Source: a virus (lineage: Duplodnaviria; Caudoviricetes). From it: DNA of 25,914 nt. A program made the translations under genes and the position numbers. The first letter of the stretch is position 1. Every line of letters begins with the position of its first letter. The notes below the pieces were generated by a model. It made no database searches. It saw nothing but the letters and a program-made list of their open reading frames with translations, and was not told where the DNA came from. Where the stretch lies: positions 1-25,914 of IMG/VR virus record IMGVR_UViG_3300029787_004006, one strand, 5' to 3'. Positions 1-8,185 of this stretch are shown piece after piece.

Positions 1-1
1 C

Positions 2-361
2 TTGAGCTTTGTGCAGCTAAACAGAGACGGTATAACCAAAGAGTCTACCGATGTTGTGTCAGGCTCAGATAGGCTTATATGGCTCTGTACTAGCTTCTCT
101 ATCTTTAAGATGAAGTCAGAAGAAGAAGTGGCGGAAGATAGGATAGAGAACGGAAACAGAAAACTTGTGCCTGTTGTTTCCAGACATGGCGAAGGTTTAG
201 ATGATGGTGATTATGTCAGCATGAAAATGTTTGGCAAAATAGGAAGACTTGAAGAAGGCATGACTAGAAATGAACTCCATAATAGTGCGAGAGCAAGAGA
301 AGAAGGCTTTGAAATAAATGAAGAGATTGACTCAGAATCAGATATTGACAGTATGCGATAA
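2..361 (+). CDS. dnaB: Replicative DnaB-like (SF4) helicase, C-terminal part; 5'-truncated by the window edge
   Basis: SFVQLNR (motif H3) followed by VSGSDRL (H4-like) and VVSRHG (arginine-finger region). Lies directly upstream of the primase. Confidence 0.8.
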   Translation: MSFVQLNRDGITKESTDVVSGSDRLIWLCTSFSIFKMKSEEEVAEDRIENGNRKLVPVVSRHGEGLDDGDYVSMKMFGKIGRLEEGMTRNELHNSARAREEGFEINEEIDSESDIDSMR

Positions 362-1358
362 GCTTTCGGAAGATATTCCATCTCTTTTGGAGTATTTTGA
401 AATAGAAAGCATAGAATATCCTAATAGACACTCTTTCCCATGTCCAATCCACGGTGGCGATAGTCCAGAGGGCTGTAGTATCTTTACGGATGGAGATACA
501 GCCACGGGAAACTGGAGATGTTGGACGAATCAATGCGAGCAAGACTATCAAGGTAATATATTTGGATTTGTTAGAGGCGTACTATCATACAGAGAAGGTA
601 GAGACTTACCATTGAATACTGTCTATGATTTTTGTTTAGACTTTCTAAAGCTAGATCCAAGTCAAATAGAAGTTAAGACAGACGCCAAAAGAGAAGTTAA
701 ACTACTAGAAATATTTGACAGGAAGATAGAAAGACAAATACCTAACATATCTAGAGAACAAATACAATCTACAATCAATATACCGGCAGAGTATTACGTT
801 GGAAGAGGCTACAGCGAAGAAACCTTAAAAACTTTCGACATCGGTACATGTTTTGCAAAAAATAAGCCAATGTCGGGAAGAGTTGTTGTCCCAGTTTACG
901 ATGAGGACTATAACTATGTAGGATGTGTAGGAAGAGCCATTAATGACAGCCTGCAACCTAAATGGTTACACAGTAAAGGATTTAAGAAAAATGTTCTTTA
1001 TGGATTTAATGTCGCGCAAAACTTTATGGGAGACAAGGGTGTTCTTTTTATCTTAGAAGGACAAGGCGATGTTTTAAGAATGTATGAAGCGGGATTTAAA
1101 AACTCAGTTGGTATCTTTGGCGCTAGTGTAAGCGATGACCAACTTTTAGTATTGGAAAAAAGCGGAGCTTTAAACTTAGTAATATTGACAGACTATGACG
1201 AAGCAGGAAAAAAGGCCGCTGAACAAATTGTAAAAAAGTGCGGAAGAAGATTTAATTATTATAGACCGCAAATTTCTAAAAAAGACATTGGTGAAATGTC
1301 CATCGAACAAATTCATGAAGAACTTAACCCCCAACTAGAGAAGGATAATTTGATATGA
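318..1358 (+). CDS. dnaG: DnaG-type DNA primase (zinc-binding domain + TOPRIM)
   Basis: CPIH...WRCWTNQC zinc-binding domain, GRVVVP, VGRAI, PKWLHS, LYGFN, and TOPRIM motifs ILEGQGD and LTDYDEAG. No C-terminal helicase-binding domain. Confidence 0.92.
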   Translation: MKRLTQNQILTVCDKLSEDIPSLLEYFEIESIEYPNRHSFPCPIHGGDSPEGCSIFTDGDTATGNWRCWTNQCEQDYQGNIFGFVRGVLSYREGRDLPLNTVYDFCLDFLKLDPSQIEVKTDAKREVKLLEIFDRKIERQIPNISREQIQSTINIPAEYYVGRGYSEETLKTFDIGTCFAKNKPMSGRVVVPVYDEDYNYVGCVGRAINDSLQPKWLHSKGFKKNVLYGFNVAQNFMGDKGVLFILEGQGDVLRMYEAGFKNSVGIFGASVSDDQLLVLEKSGALNLVILTDYDEAGKKAAEQIVKKCGRRFNYYRPQISKKDIGEMSIEQIHEELNPQLEKDNLI

Positions 1359-2263
1359 CCACTAGAATTCTAGCCTTTGCTGGAAACAAACAGTCCGGTA
1401 AAACAACATGTAGTAACTTTATACATGGCTATCAACTAAGATCTCACAACATAGTAAGTTCATTTAATATAACAGATAAGGGTGAACTTGTTGTTGGAAC
1501 AGAGTTTATAGACTCTAAAGGAGAAAAGGAGCAGGGACATGCTTTACTAGATGTGAAAAGGGTGGATTTAGAATTCTCTGAATGGGCTGTTTACAATATG
1601 TGGCCTTATGTTAAAAGTTATTCTTTTGCAGACCCGCTTAAAAATATTGCAACAGAATTGTTTGATATTAAAGAAGAGAATATTAGAGGTACTGATATAC
1701 AAAAAAACGCAAAGATACCAATTACTTGGGAGTCTATGCCCGGAGTCATAACCTGTCCAAAAACCGCAAAGCTTACGCAAGTTAAAAAACTTATTGATAA
1801 TGGTGACTTGGTTTATCATAAAAAGGGAAAGATGACAGGCAGAGAGTTCCTTCAGTTCTTTGGGTCAGAAGTGTGTAGAAAAATCTATGAAGAGATTTGG
1901 GTTTCAAGACTAATTAAAGATGTAGAAGCAGAAGGTCCACTCCTTGCTGTAATTGACGACTGTAGGTATCCAAATGAAGCTGAAGCTATTCAAAATGCTG
2001 GCGGTAAAGTTGTTAGGTTAACAAGATCAAATTATAATGACTCACACAAAAGCGAAAACGCCTTTGATAAAGATTATGAATTTGATGCAGTTATTGACAA
2101 TCAAAACATGACGATTCAAGAAACTCATGTAGAACTTATAAAGTCGATTGAAGAATGGGGCTGGTTAGGAGCGCCTATAACGTCTGAGTCAGAAGCTAAT
2201 ACAGATAAAAAGGAAGAGCCTGTTCTTGTTGGCGGAATCCATCAGTTTAGAGAATCAGAATGA
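1355..2263 (+). CDS. Deoxynucleoside monophosphate kinase (phage T4 gp1-like)
   Basis: P-loop AGNKQSGKTT, SFADPLK, GREFLQFFGSEVCR, IDDCRYPNE, HKSE. ATGA overlap with the primase. Confidence 0.85.
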   Translation: MTTRILAFAGNKQSGKTTCSNFIHGYQLRSHNIVSSFNITDKGELVVGTEFIDSKGEKEQGHALLDVKRVDLEFSEWAVYNMWPYVKSYSFADPLKNIATELFDIKEENIRGTDIQKNAKIPITWESMPGVITCPKTAKLTQVKKLIDNGDLVYHKKGKMTGREFLQFFGSEVCRKIYEEIWVSRLIKDVEAEGPLLAVIDDCRYPNEAEAIQNAGGKVVRLTRSNYNDSHKSENAFDKDYEFDAVIDNQNMTIQETHVELIKSIEEWGWLGAPITSESEANTDKKEEPVLVGGIHQFRESE

Positions 2264-3282
2264 TAGTAACATATATCAGATCTTCTAGCTATGGTAACTA
2301 TGACTTTTGTCAAATGCAGTATTTTATGACTTATGTTTTAGGATATAGGTCTGAGTCTGGCAAGAAGGCTCAACAAGGTACTGCGTGTCACAAAGTCATG
2401 GAATGTCTTGCCGCCTGTAAAAAAGAGCTACAGGATAATCTAGATAGTAAAACGCTATCAATTACAGATGACGCTCTTGGGCAACTAGAGTTTACACCTA
2501 GAAAATTAGCGACAAAAAAGTTTGTAGCTCAATTAATGAAAGATAGCTACGAACACTACACCTCACAGGATAGTCATAAATATTATCCTGCTGATTTTAA
2601 GTTTTGCGAAAAGCAAGTAGAAACGGCTTTAACTTTTAATGATGGTCAATTTGATCCAAGAAACAGAAATATAGTTGACACAGAGCCGACATTCGATATT
2701 GAAATAGAAGAAGATTGGGCTAAGTATGAATATGAAATGCCAGATGGAACTACCATCACGGGCAACTTAGCCATCAAAGGAACTATTGATTTAGTTACTA
2801 AGATAGATGACAATATAATTGAAGTGGTAGATTGGAAAACAGGGCAAAGAAAAAACTGGGCTACAGGAGAAGTAAAAACATATGAAAAACTTCTTGACGA
2901 TGCGCAGTTACTATTGTATAATTATGCCATATCAAAACTTTATCCAGACTATGAACAAGCTATTATGTCTATCTTCTTCACCAGAGATGGTGGTCCGTTT
3001 AGCATGTGTTTTGACAAGTCAGATCAAGATAGATTTTTGGGAATGCTTAGAAAAAGATATGAAGAGATTAAAGATAACATCAAGCCCAGACCGATTAGTA
3101 GTAGTCGTAGGGATTTTAGATGTCAAAAACTTTGTCACTTTTATAAAAACAATTGGCCCGGAACAAACACCACTATGTGCGAGTATGTAGAAAACAAACT
3201 TCATACTATAGGTCATGAAAAAACACTTAAAGAATGTACTAATGAAGGTTTCAACATAGGATATTATGAGGCGCCCGGATAA
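2260..3282 (+). CDS. PD-(D/E)xK nuclease, Cas4/AddB/RecB-like, with probable Fe-S cluster
   Basis: SSSYGNYDFC, GTACHKVME, KGTIDLV...VVDWKTG, QLLLY, and C-terminal cysteines CQKLC...C. Confidence 0.85.
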   Translation: MIVTYIRSSSYGNYDFCQMQYFMTYVLGYRSESGKKAQQGTACHKVMECLAACKKELQDNLDSKTLSITDDALGQLEFTPRKLATKKFVAQLMKDSYEHYTSQDSHKYYPADFKFCEKQVETALTFNDGQFDPRNRNIVDTEPTFDIEIEEDWAKYEYEMPDGTTITGNLAIKGTIDLVTKIDDNIIEVVDWKTGQRKNWATGEVKTYEKLLDDAQLLLYNYAISKLYPDYEQAIMSIFFTRDGGPFSMCFDKSDQDRFLGMLRKRYEEIKDNIKPRPISSSRRDFRCQKLCHFYKNNWPGTNTTMCEYVENKLHTIGHEKTLKECTNEGFNIGYYEAPG

Positions 3283-4196
3283 TGGCAGAATTAATTGATT
3301 TAAATAACGAGTTTCATTTAGGAAACAAATTCACACTAGATGTCGCTACTAAATTTAGTGAAATGCTAGATGATAGCTATAGGGTCATAGTAAAGTACGA
3401 TGCTCAAGATATGCCAAAGTTTGGCAACGATAAATTTAATATTTTAATATCTACATCTAGAGAAAATCACCAAGTACCAGAAGGGTTTTTTGAAGATAAT
3501 GTATTTTTAATATTTCAACACTATCATGTGCTTGATAGATGGGAACACTGTTTAGATACACCTTTAACGTTCCCTCTTCCACTAGGACCGTTTAATGATC
3601 TATATAAAGACATTGAAATAAAGCCTTTGTCACAAAGAGAATATGACTTTGTTTTCATAGGGCAAATTCCAAAGACCGGAACAAGAGACTGTTTTAAAAG
3701 AGGTATTGATAAACTATTGGAAGAAAATCCCGATAAGTTTAAGTACAAAATTGAGTTTACTGACGGCTTTGGTAAGGGGCTAGATCCAAAAGAATATATG
3801 GAGCTTTTAGCAAATTCTAAGCTGTCTTTATGCCCTGCTGGAGCCTATAGTATGGAAACATTTAGATTTTTTGAATCCACGCTTATGGGCGCTATACCTC
3901 TTGTGGACAGACTTCCTAAGTTTTGGTATTATGAAGAAGCTTCATTTTTTAAAGGCTCTTGGGACGTGCTTGATAATACTTTGTCAAAGTCTTTAAATTA
4001 TCTACAGACCGGAAATTGTAGAAAGATGCTTCAGGGATTGGCTATGTATAATAATGATGTATTAAATGTTGATGGTCTAGCTTCTAGGATGAGACAAATC
4101 GTAGACCAAAGACATGGAAACGTGGAATCGTCTAGGGAATATCTTAAAAGTTTGAGGAATTGTTTGAAAGATGAATTGGACTCCGATCAATTGTAA
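3282..4196 (+). CDS. Exostosin (GT47)-like glycosyltransferase
   Basis: YDFVFIG...R and YMELLANSKLSLCPAG-x-SMETFRFFESTLMGAIP match the exostosin C-terminal signature (S.F.LCP.G...R..E....G.IPV). Confidence 0.7.
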   Translation: MAELIDLNNEFHLGNKFTLDVATKFSEMLDDSYRVIVKYDAQDMPKFGNDKFNILISTSRENHQVPEGFFEDNVFLIFQHYHVLDRWEHCLDTPLTFPLPLGPFNDLYKDIEIKPLSQREYDFVFIGQIPKTGTRDCFKRGIDKLLEENPDKFKYKIEFTDGFGKGLDPKEYMELLANSKLSLCPAGAYSMETFRFFESTLMGAIPLVDRLPKFWYYEEASFFKGSWDVLDNTLSKSLNYLQTGNCRKMLQGLAMYNNDVLNVDGLASRMRQIVDQRHGNVESSREYLKSLRNCLKDELDSDQL

Positions 4197-5742
4197 AACG
4201 CACTTTAGTCTACAACAAGGTTTTTGTAAAACAGATAAGCTTGCAAAGAGATGTGCTGAGTACGGTTATACCGCTTGTGGTATAGCCGATCTTGGTACTA
4301 TTTCTGGCGCTGTAGAGTTTCATCAAGAGTGTAAAAAGTATGATATAAAACCTGTAATCGGATGCGAGTTCGACGGGTTCATATTATATGCAAAAAATAA
4401 AGACGGCTGGTTTGATCTGGTTAAGTATGTGTCAAATCAAAATGTAGACGTTCTGAAGGAAATAGCAGAAAATGGTAATGTTTTATGCGTAACCCCAAAG
4501 AAAAACGGATTCGCTAAGATATTTAAAACAAATCATATCAAAATGGATTATAAAAAAGAAGCTATTTACTATGTCGATAAAGACGATGCAGATTGTCATA
4601 GAATTATGCTATGTAGCAAGCTTAAAAAAACCTTCACAAAAATAGAAGGTGTAGAACATGAGTTTTCAGAATTCTTTGATGGAGATGACAAATGGTATTT
4701 GCCAAAGACAAAAAAGAAGTCTGCAACTTCTAAGATAGCTGACATGTGCGAAGAGTATGAGCTTACAGGACCGCCCATGCTGCCAGACTTTGATTGCCCA
4801 GAAGGATTTGATCAAAACGAATACTTAAAAGAACTTTGTCGTCACGGCTGGAAAAAGAAACTAATTCCTGCTAAAAAGGTTTATCTAGATGTAGACAAGC
4901 AAGAATACCTTGATAGGGTTAAAACAGAACTAGAAGTCATTTTTAAAGCTGGATTATCTGGGTATTTTTTAATTGTACAGGATATTGTAAATCATGTAAA
5001 GGATAAAGGATGGATTGCGGGTCCGGGAAGAGGATCTGCTGCTGGATGTTTGGTGTCATATCTGTTAGGAATTACAGAGGTTGACCCTATTGAATATGGA
5101 TTGATCTTTGAAAGATTCTACAACGAAGGAAGAAATACGGATGACTATATCTCTTTGCCAGATATTGATGTAGACGTACCTGCGGAACATAGGGATGAGG
5201 TTATTGACTATATTAAGGAAAAATACGGTCAAGAAAATGTTTCTCAAATGATTACGTTCGGCAGATTACAAGGAAGGTCTGCGCTAAAAGAGGTGTTGAG
5301 GATTAGTGACGCTGTGTCATTTTCAGAAATGAACGAGATAACAGATTGTATTCCAGACGAAGCTATGATATCTGATCAATTAGAACTGATGGACAAAGAA
5401 GATAGGTCTATTATAAGATGGGCCTTGGAAAATGAATCTGATAATCTTAATGGCTGGTGCAAGATAAATGAAGAAGGTAAACTAGAAGGCGAACTTGCAA
5501 AGTTTTTTGAACAAGCTATAAAGATTGAAGGCACTAACAAATCTCAAGGTAAACATCCCGCTGGTGTAATTATATCAAAACATAAACTAAAAGACGTATG
5601 CCCTATGATAAAAGACACAACGGGCAAAGACATAGCAGGCTTTGAGATGAATGATCTAGAATCTCAAGGACATGTTAAGTTTGACATTCTAGCTATCGAC
5701 CTACTAAGTAAAATCATGGAAATAACAAATAAAGGAGAATAA
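4171..5742 (+). CDS. dnaE: DNA polymerase III alpha (family C), N-terminal half: degenerate PHP + palm/thumb
   Basis: GPGRGSAAGCLVSYLLGITEVDP, LIFERF, catalytic PDIDVD, GKHPAGVII, and GHVKFD (third catalytic Asp). The ORF ends about 18 aa after KFD. Confidence 0.93.
   Translation: MNWTPINCKTHFSLQQGFCKTDKLAKRCAEYGYTACGIADLGTISGAVEFHQECKKYDIKPVIGCEFDGFILYAKNKDGWFDLVKYVSNQNVDVLKEIAENGNVLCVTPKKNGFAKIFKTNHIKMDYKKEAIYYVDKDDADCHRIMLCSKLKKTFTKIEGVEHEFSEFFDGDDKWYLPKTKKKSATSKIADMCEEYELTGPPMLPDFDCPEGFDQNEYLKELCRHGWKKKLIPAKKVYLDVDKQEYLDRVKTELEVIFKAGLSGYFLIVQDIVNHVKDKGWIAGPGRGSAAGCLVSYLLGITEVDPIEYGLIFERFYNEGRNTDDYISLPDIDVDVPAEHRDEVIDYIKEKYGQENVSQMITFGRLQGRSALKEVLRISDAVSFSEMNEITDCIPDEAMISDQLELMDKEDRSIIRWALENESDNLNGWCKINEEGKLEGELAKFFEQAIKIEGTNKSQGKHPAGVIISKHKLKDVCPMIKDTTGKDIAGFEMNDLESQGHVKFDILAIDLLSKIMEITNKGE
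5733..5737 (+). promoter_or_regulatory. Shine-Dalgarno site for the 72-aa ORF
   Basis: AGGAG 6 nt upstream of ATG 5744. Confidence 0.6.
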
Positions 5743-5743
5743 T

Positions 5744-5962
5744 ATGCAGGCCACTGTGGATGATTATAAATCAGTAATCTTTTCTGGTTGTTCTATTGAA
5801 TCTAATAAAGTTCATATTTGCAATTTAAAAAACTATAACAAAAGACTTGTTGCAGATAATGAATATCAGGTTTGGTCTGATAGACACAAAGAATATAAGC
5901 TGTATAAAAACATAGATGATGCAGTTAAAAAATTTATAGAACTGAAAGGAAAACGAGCATGA
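5744..5962 (+). CDS. Hypothetical 72-aa protein between the two DnaE halves
   Basis: Good RBS, fills the gap exactly, and has an ATGA overlap with the next gene. No motif recognised. Confidence 0.75.
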   Translation: MQATVDDYKSVIFSGCSIESNKVHICNLKNYNKRLVADNEYQVWSDRHKEYKLYKNIDDAVKKFIELKGKRA

Positions 5963-6651
5963 ATTATAGAGATATTATAGTATTTGACTTTGAGACTGGT
6001 GGCAGAAATCCTTATAGCTGTCAACCCACTCAGATCGCTGCTGTGGCGATTCATGCTAGAAAGCTTGAACTCCAGCCGGGAGGCACGTTCAACAGCGAAA
6101 TCAGGCCAATTATAGACGATGAAGAAGCAATCAAAGCAGGAGTTGATCCTCTAGAAGATGAAGCCTTGAAAATCACAAGGAAGACAAGGGACAAGCTAGC
6201 AAAAGCGCCCCTACCTAAAACTGTCTGGAATAAGTTTGCACAGTTTTGTGATAAATATAACTTCAAAAAGACAAGCTACTACGCGCCAATCGCCGCTGGT
6301 TACAATATTAATGGATATGATATGCCTATTGTAGATAGAATGTGTCAACAATATGGGCCTACTCATGCAAAGAACGGAAGACAGGGAATCTTTAATCCTA
6401 TTTATACAATTGATGTAATGCAACATATTTATTGTTGGTTTGAGAACAATCAAGATGTTAAAAAATACAACATGGATTACATGCGAGAGTATTTTGGCAT
6501 GAGTCAAGCCAGTAAAGACAATGCTCACGATGCGCTACAAGATGTGAAAGACACTGCTAATCTGATGATTAAGTTTATGAAGTTACAAAGGTCGCTATTA
6601 AAGAAGGTAAAGTTTGAAAAGACTTTTGCCAACGGGGAAATTTATGTTTGA
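5959..6651 (+). CDS. DEDDh 3'-5' exonuclease (Pol III epsilon/DnaQ-like)
   Basis: ExoI VFDFETGG, ExoII GYNINGYD, ExoIII AHDALQD. Confidence 0.9.
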   Translation: MNYRDIIVFDFETGGRNPYSCQPTQIAAVAIHARKLELQPGGTFNSEIRPIIDDEEAIKAGVDPLEDEALKITRKTRDKLAKAPLPKTVWNKFAQFCDKYNFKKTSYYAPIAAGYNINGYDMPIVDRMCQQYGPTHAKNGRQGIFNPIYTIDVMQHIYCWFENNQDVKKYNMDYMREYFGMSQASKDNAHDALQDVKDTANLMIKFMKLQRSLLKKVKFEKTFANGEIYV

Positions 6652-8185
6652 TATCAACGATTTTCGTGATGATAATGTTTGGAATTTGATTTGCGAAGGA
6701 CGTACCAAGGGTGTGTTTCAACTTGAATCCAATCTTGGTAAGCACTGGGCTAAAAAGGTAAACCCAAGAAGCGTAAACGAGCTTGCGGCACTAATTAGTT
6801 TGATTAGGCCGGGATGTTTGAAGGCTTACACAGAAGGTAAGTCTATGACACAGCACTACGCTGACAGAAAAGCAAACCTAGATCCTGTCACCTATCCTCA
6901 CGAATCCGTTGAGCCTATACTAAAGGAAACTTATGGGGTTCTTGTGTATCAAGAACAGTCTATGATGATAGCGCAAAAGCTTGCTGGGTTCGATCTCAAA
7001 GAGGCTGACGCGCTTCGTAAGGCTATCGGTAAAAAGAAGGCAGACTTGATGGAACAAGTCAAGAAATCGTTCCTAGAAGGCACAGAGGAACAGGGGATTG
7101 TAACCAAAGAAGTGGCTGAAGAAATTTTTTCTTGGATTGAGAAGTCTAACAGGTACGCCTTCAACAAGTCTCACGCCGTTTCTTACGCGATCAACGCATA
7201 TTGGAGCGCATATTGCAAAAACTATCGGATGCTTGACTTCTATACGTCCTACCTAAACAGGTCGGATCGGAAACCTAAGCCCCAGATTGAAATTAAGCAG
7301 CTTGTGATGGATGCTAAGTTTGAGGGTATAGAGGTTTACCCTCCTAGATTGCAGTATATGTATACAAATTTTACAGATATTGATGATAAAATCTACTTTG
7401 GTATGAGACATATTAAGAATGTAGGAACAAAAGAGTGTGAAAAGATAGAAGAGCTTGTTTCTAATCAGGATATATCTAAATATACTTGGATGGACGTTCT
7501 TGTAAAAGTTATAAATGGTTGTAAACTAAACAAAAGAGCAGTCATATCACTGATTTCCGTTGGTGCTTTCAATGGTATTAATAATACCAAAAATCGTCAG
7601 GAAATGTTGTATGAGTTTGACAGTTGGAAAAACCTTTCTGCCAGAGAACAGAAATATATAGAGGAAAACTATGACAGCAAGCTATCTCTTAGCGCAAATA
7701 TACAAAGCTTAATTGACAACTTTAAGATTACATCAAGAAGAGCTACGACAGTAAACGATATTAAAGAATCTTTACAAAATCCATTTTATGATCTTGCAGA
7801 TAGCGTAGAAACAATAGCCGACCAAGAGCTTAAATTTCTAGGCTGTCCATTGACTTGTACTAAGACAGACTCTGTGTCTGGCAATTTATCTAATTTTATG
7901 TGCAAAGACATATCAAAAGGTACTATAAAAGGGAAAGTAAACTTAGCAGTTCAAATAAATTCGTTGAGGGAGTACAAAACGAAGAACGGCAAAAACCCCG
8001 GTCAATTGATGGCTTTTCTTGCAGTAGAGGATTCTAGCGGGGAACTTGATTCTGTTACAGTTTTTCCAGACGCTTATAGAGAACACAGAGATGTTCTTAT
8101 TGAGGGTAATACCGTTTTGATCAACGGAGAAGTGTCAAAAAAAGACAAAAGCTCCATTATTGTAAATAAAGCAAGCCAAATATGA
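6644..8185 (+). CDS. dnaE: DNA polymerase III alpha, C-terminal half: fingers, HhH, OB fold
   Basis: GVFQLES, IRPG, LKETYGVLVYQEQ, ADALRKAIGKK, YAFNKSHAVSY, HhH IKNVG, and OB fold MAFLAVEDSSG. ATG 6644 (after GGGGA, 8-nt overlap with the exonuclease stop) is preferred over TTG 6614. Confidence 0.92.
   Translation: MFDINDFRDDNVWNLICEGRTKGVFQLESNLGKHWAKKVNPRSVNELAALISLIRPGCLKAYTEGKSMTQHYADRKANLDPVTYPHESVEPILKETYGVLVYQEQSMMIAQKLAGFDLKEADALRKAIGKKKADLMEQVKKSFLEGTEEQGIVTKEVAEEIFSWIEKSNRYAFNKSHAVSYAINAYWSAYCKNYRMLDFYTSYLNRSDRKPKPQIEIKQLVMDAKFEGIEVYPPRLQYMYTNFTDIDDKIYFGMRHIKNVGTKECEKIEELVSNQDISKYTWMDVLVKVINGCKLNKRAVISLISVGAFNGINNTKNRQEMLYEFDSWKNLSAREQKYIEENYDSKLSLSANIQSLIDNFKITSRRATTVNDIKESLQNPFYDLADSVETIADQELKFLGCPLTCTKTDSVSGNLSNFMCKDISKGTIKGKVNLAVQINSLREYKTKNGKNPGQLMAFLAVEDSSGELDSVTVFPDAYREHRDVLIEGNTVLINGEVSKKDKSSIIVNKASQI

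Noticed and set aside
2260-3282. CRISPR-Cas locus suggested by the Cas4-like gene
   Set aside because: No repeat-spacer array and no other cas genes are seen in the window.
5743-6643. Intron or split intein interrupting dnaE
   Set aside because: There are no intein N- or C-terminal motifs and no homing endonuclease. The interval is fully occupied by two coupled ORFs, leaving no room for a ribozyme core.
6614-6651. Programmed frameshift fusing the exonuclease to DnaE-C at GGGGAAATTT
   Set aside because: DnaE-C is in the +1 frame relative to the exonuclease, and the XXXYYYZ-like heptamers are not phased for -1 slippage. GGGGA is better explained as the RBS for ATG 6644.
6650-7330. Locally higher GC at the start of dnaE-C as a sign of recent recombination
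   Set aside because: Only spot-counted (42-48% in two lines). It coincides with the most conserved, Ala/Gly-rich part of the protein, so it is not convincing without a sliding-window analysis.
4171-8185. dnaE pseudogene
   Set aside because: Both halves are long and intact, retain their polymerase motifs, and have their own start signals.
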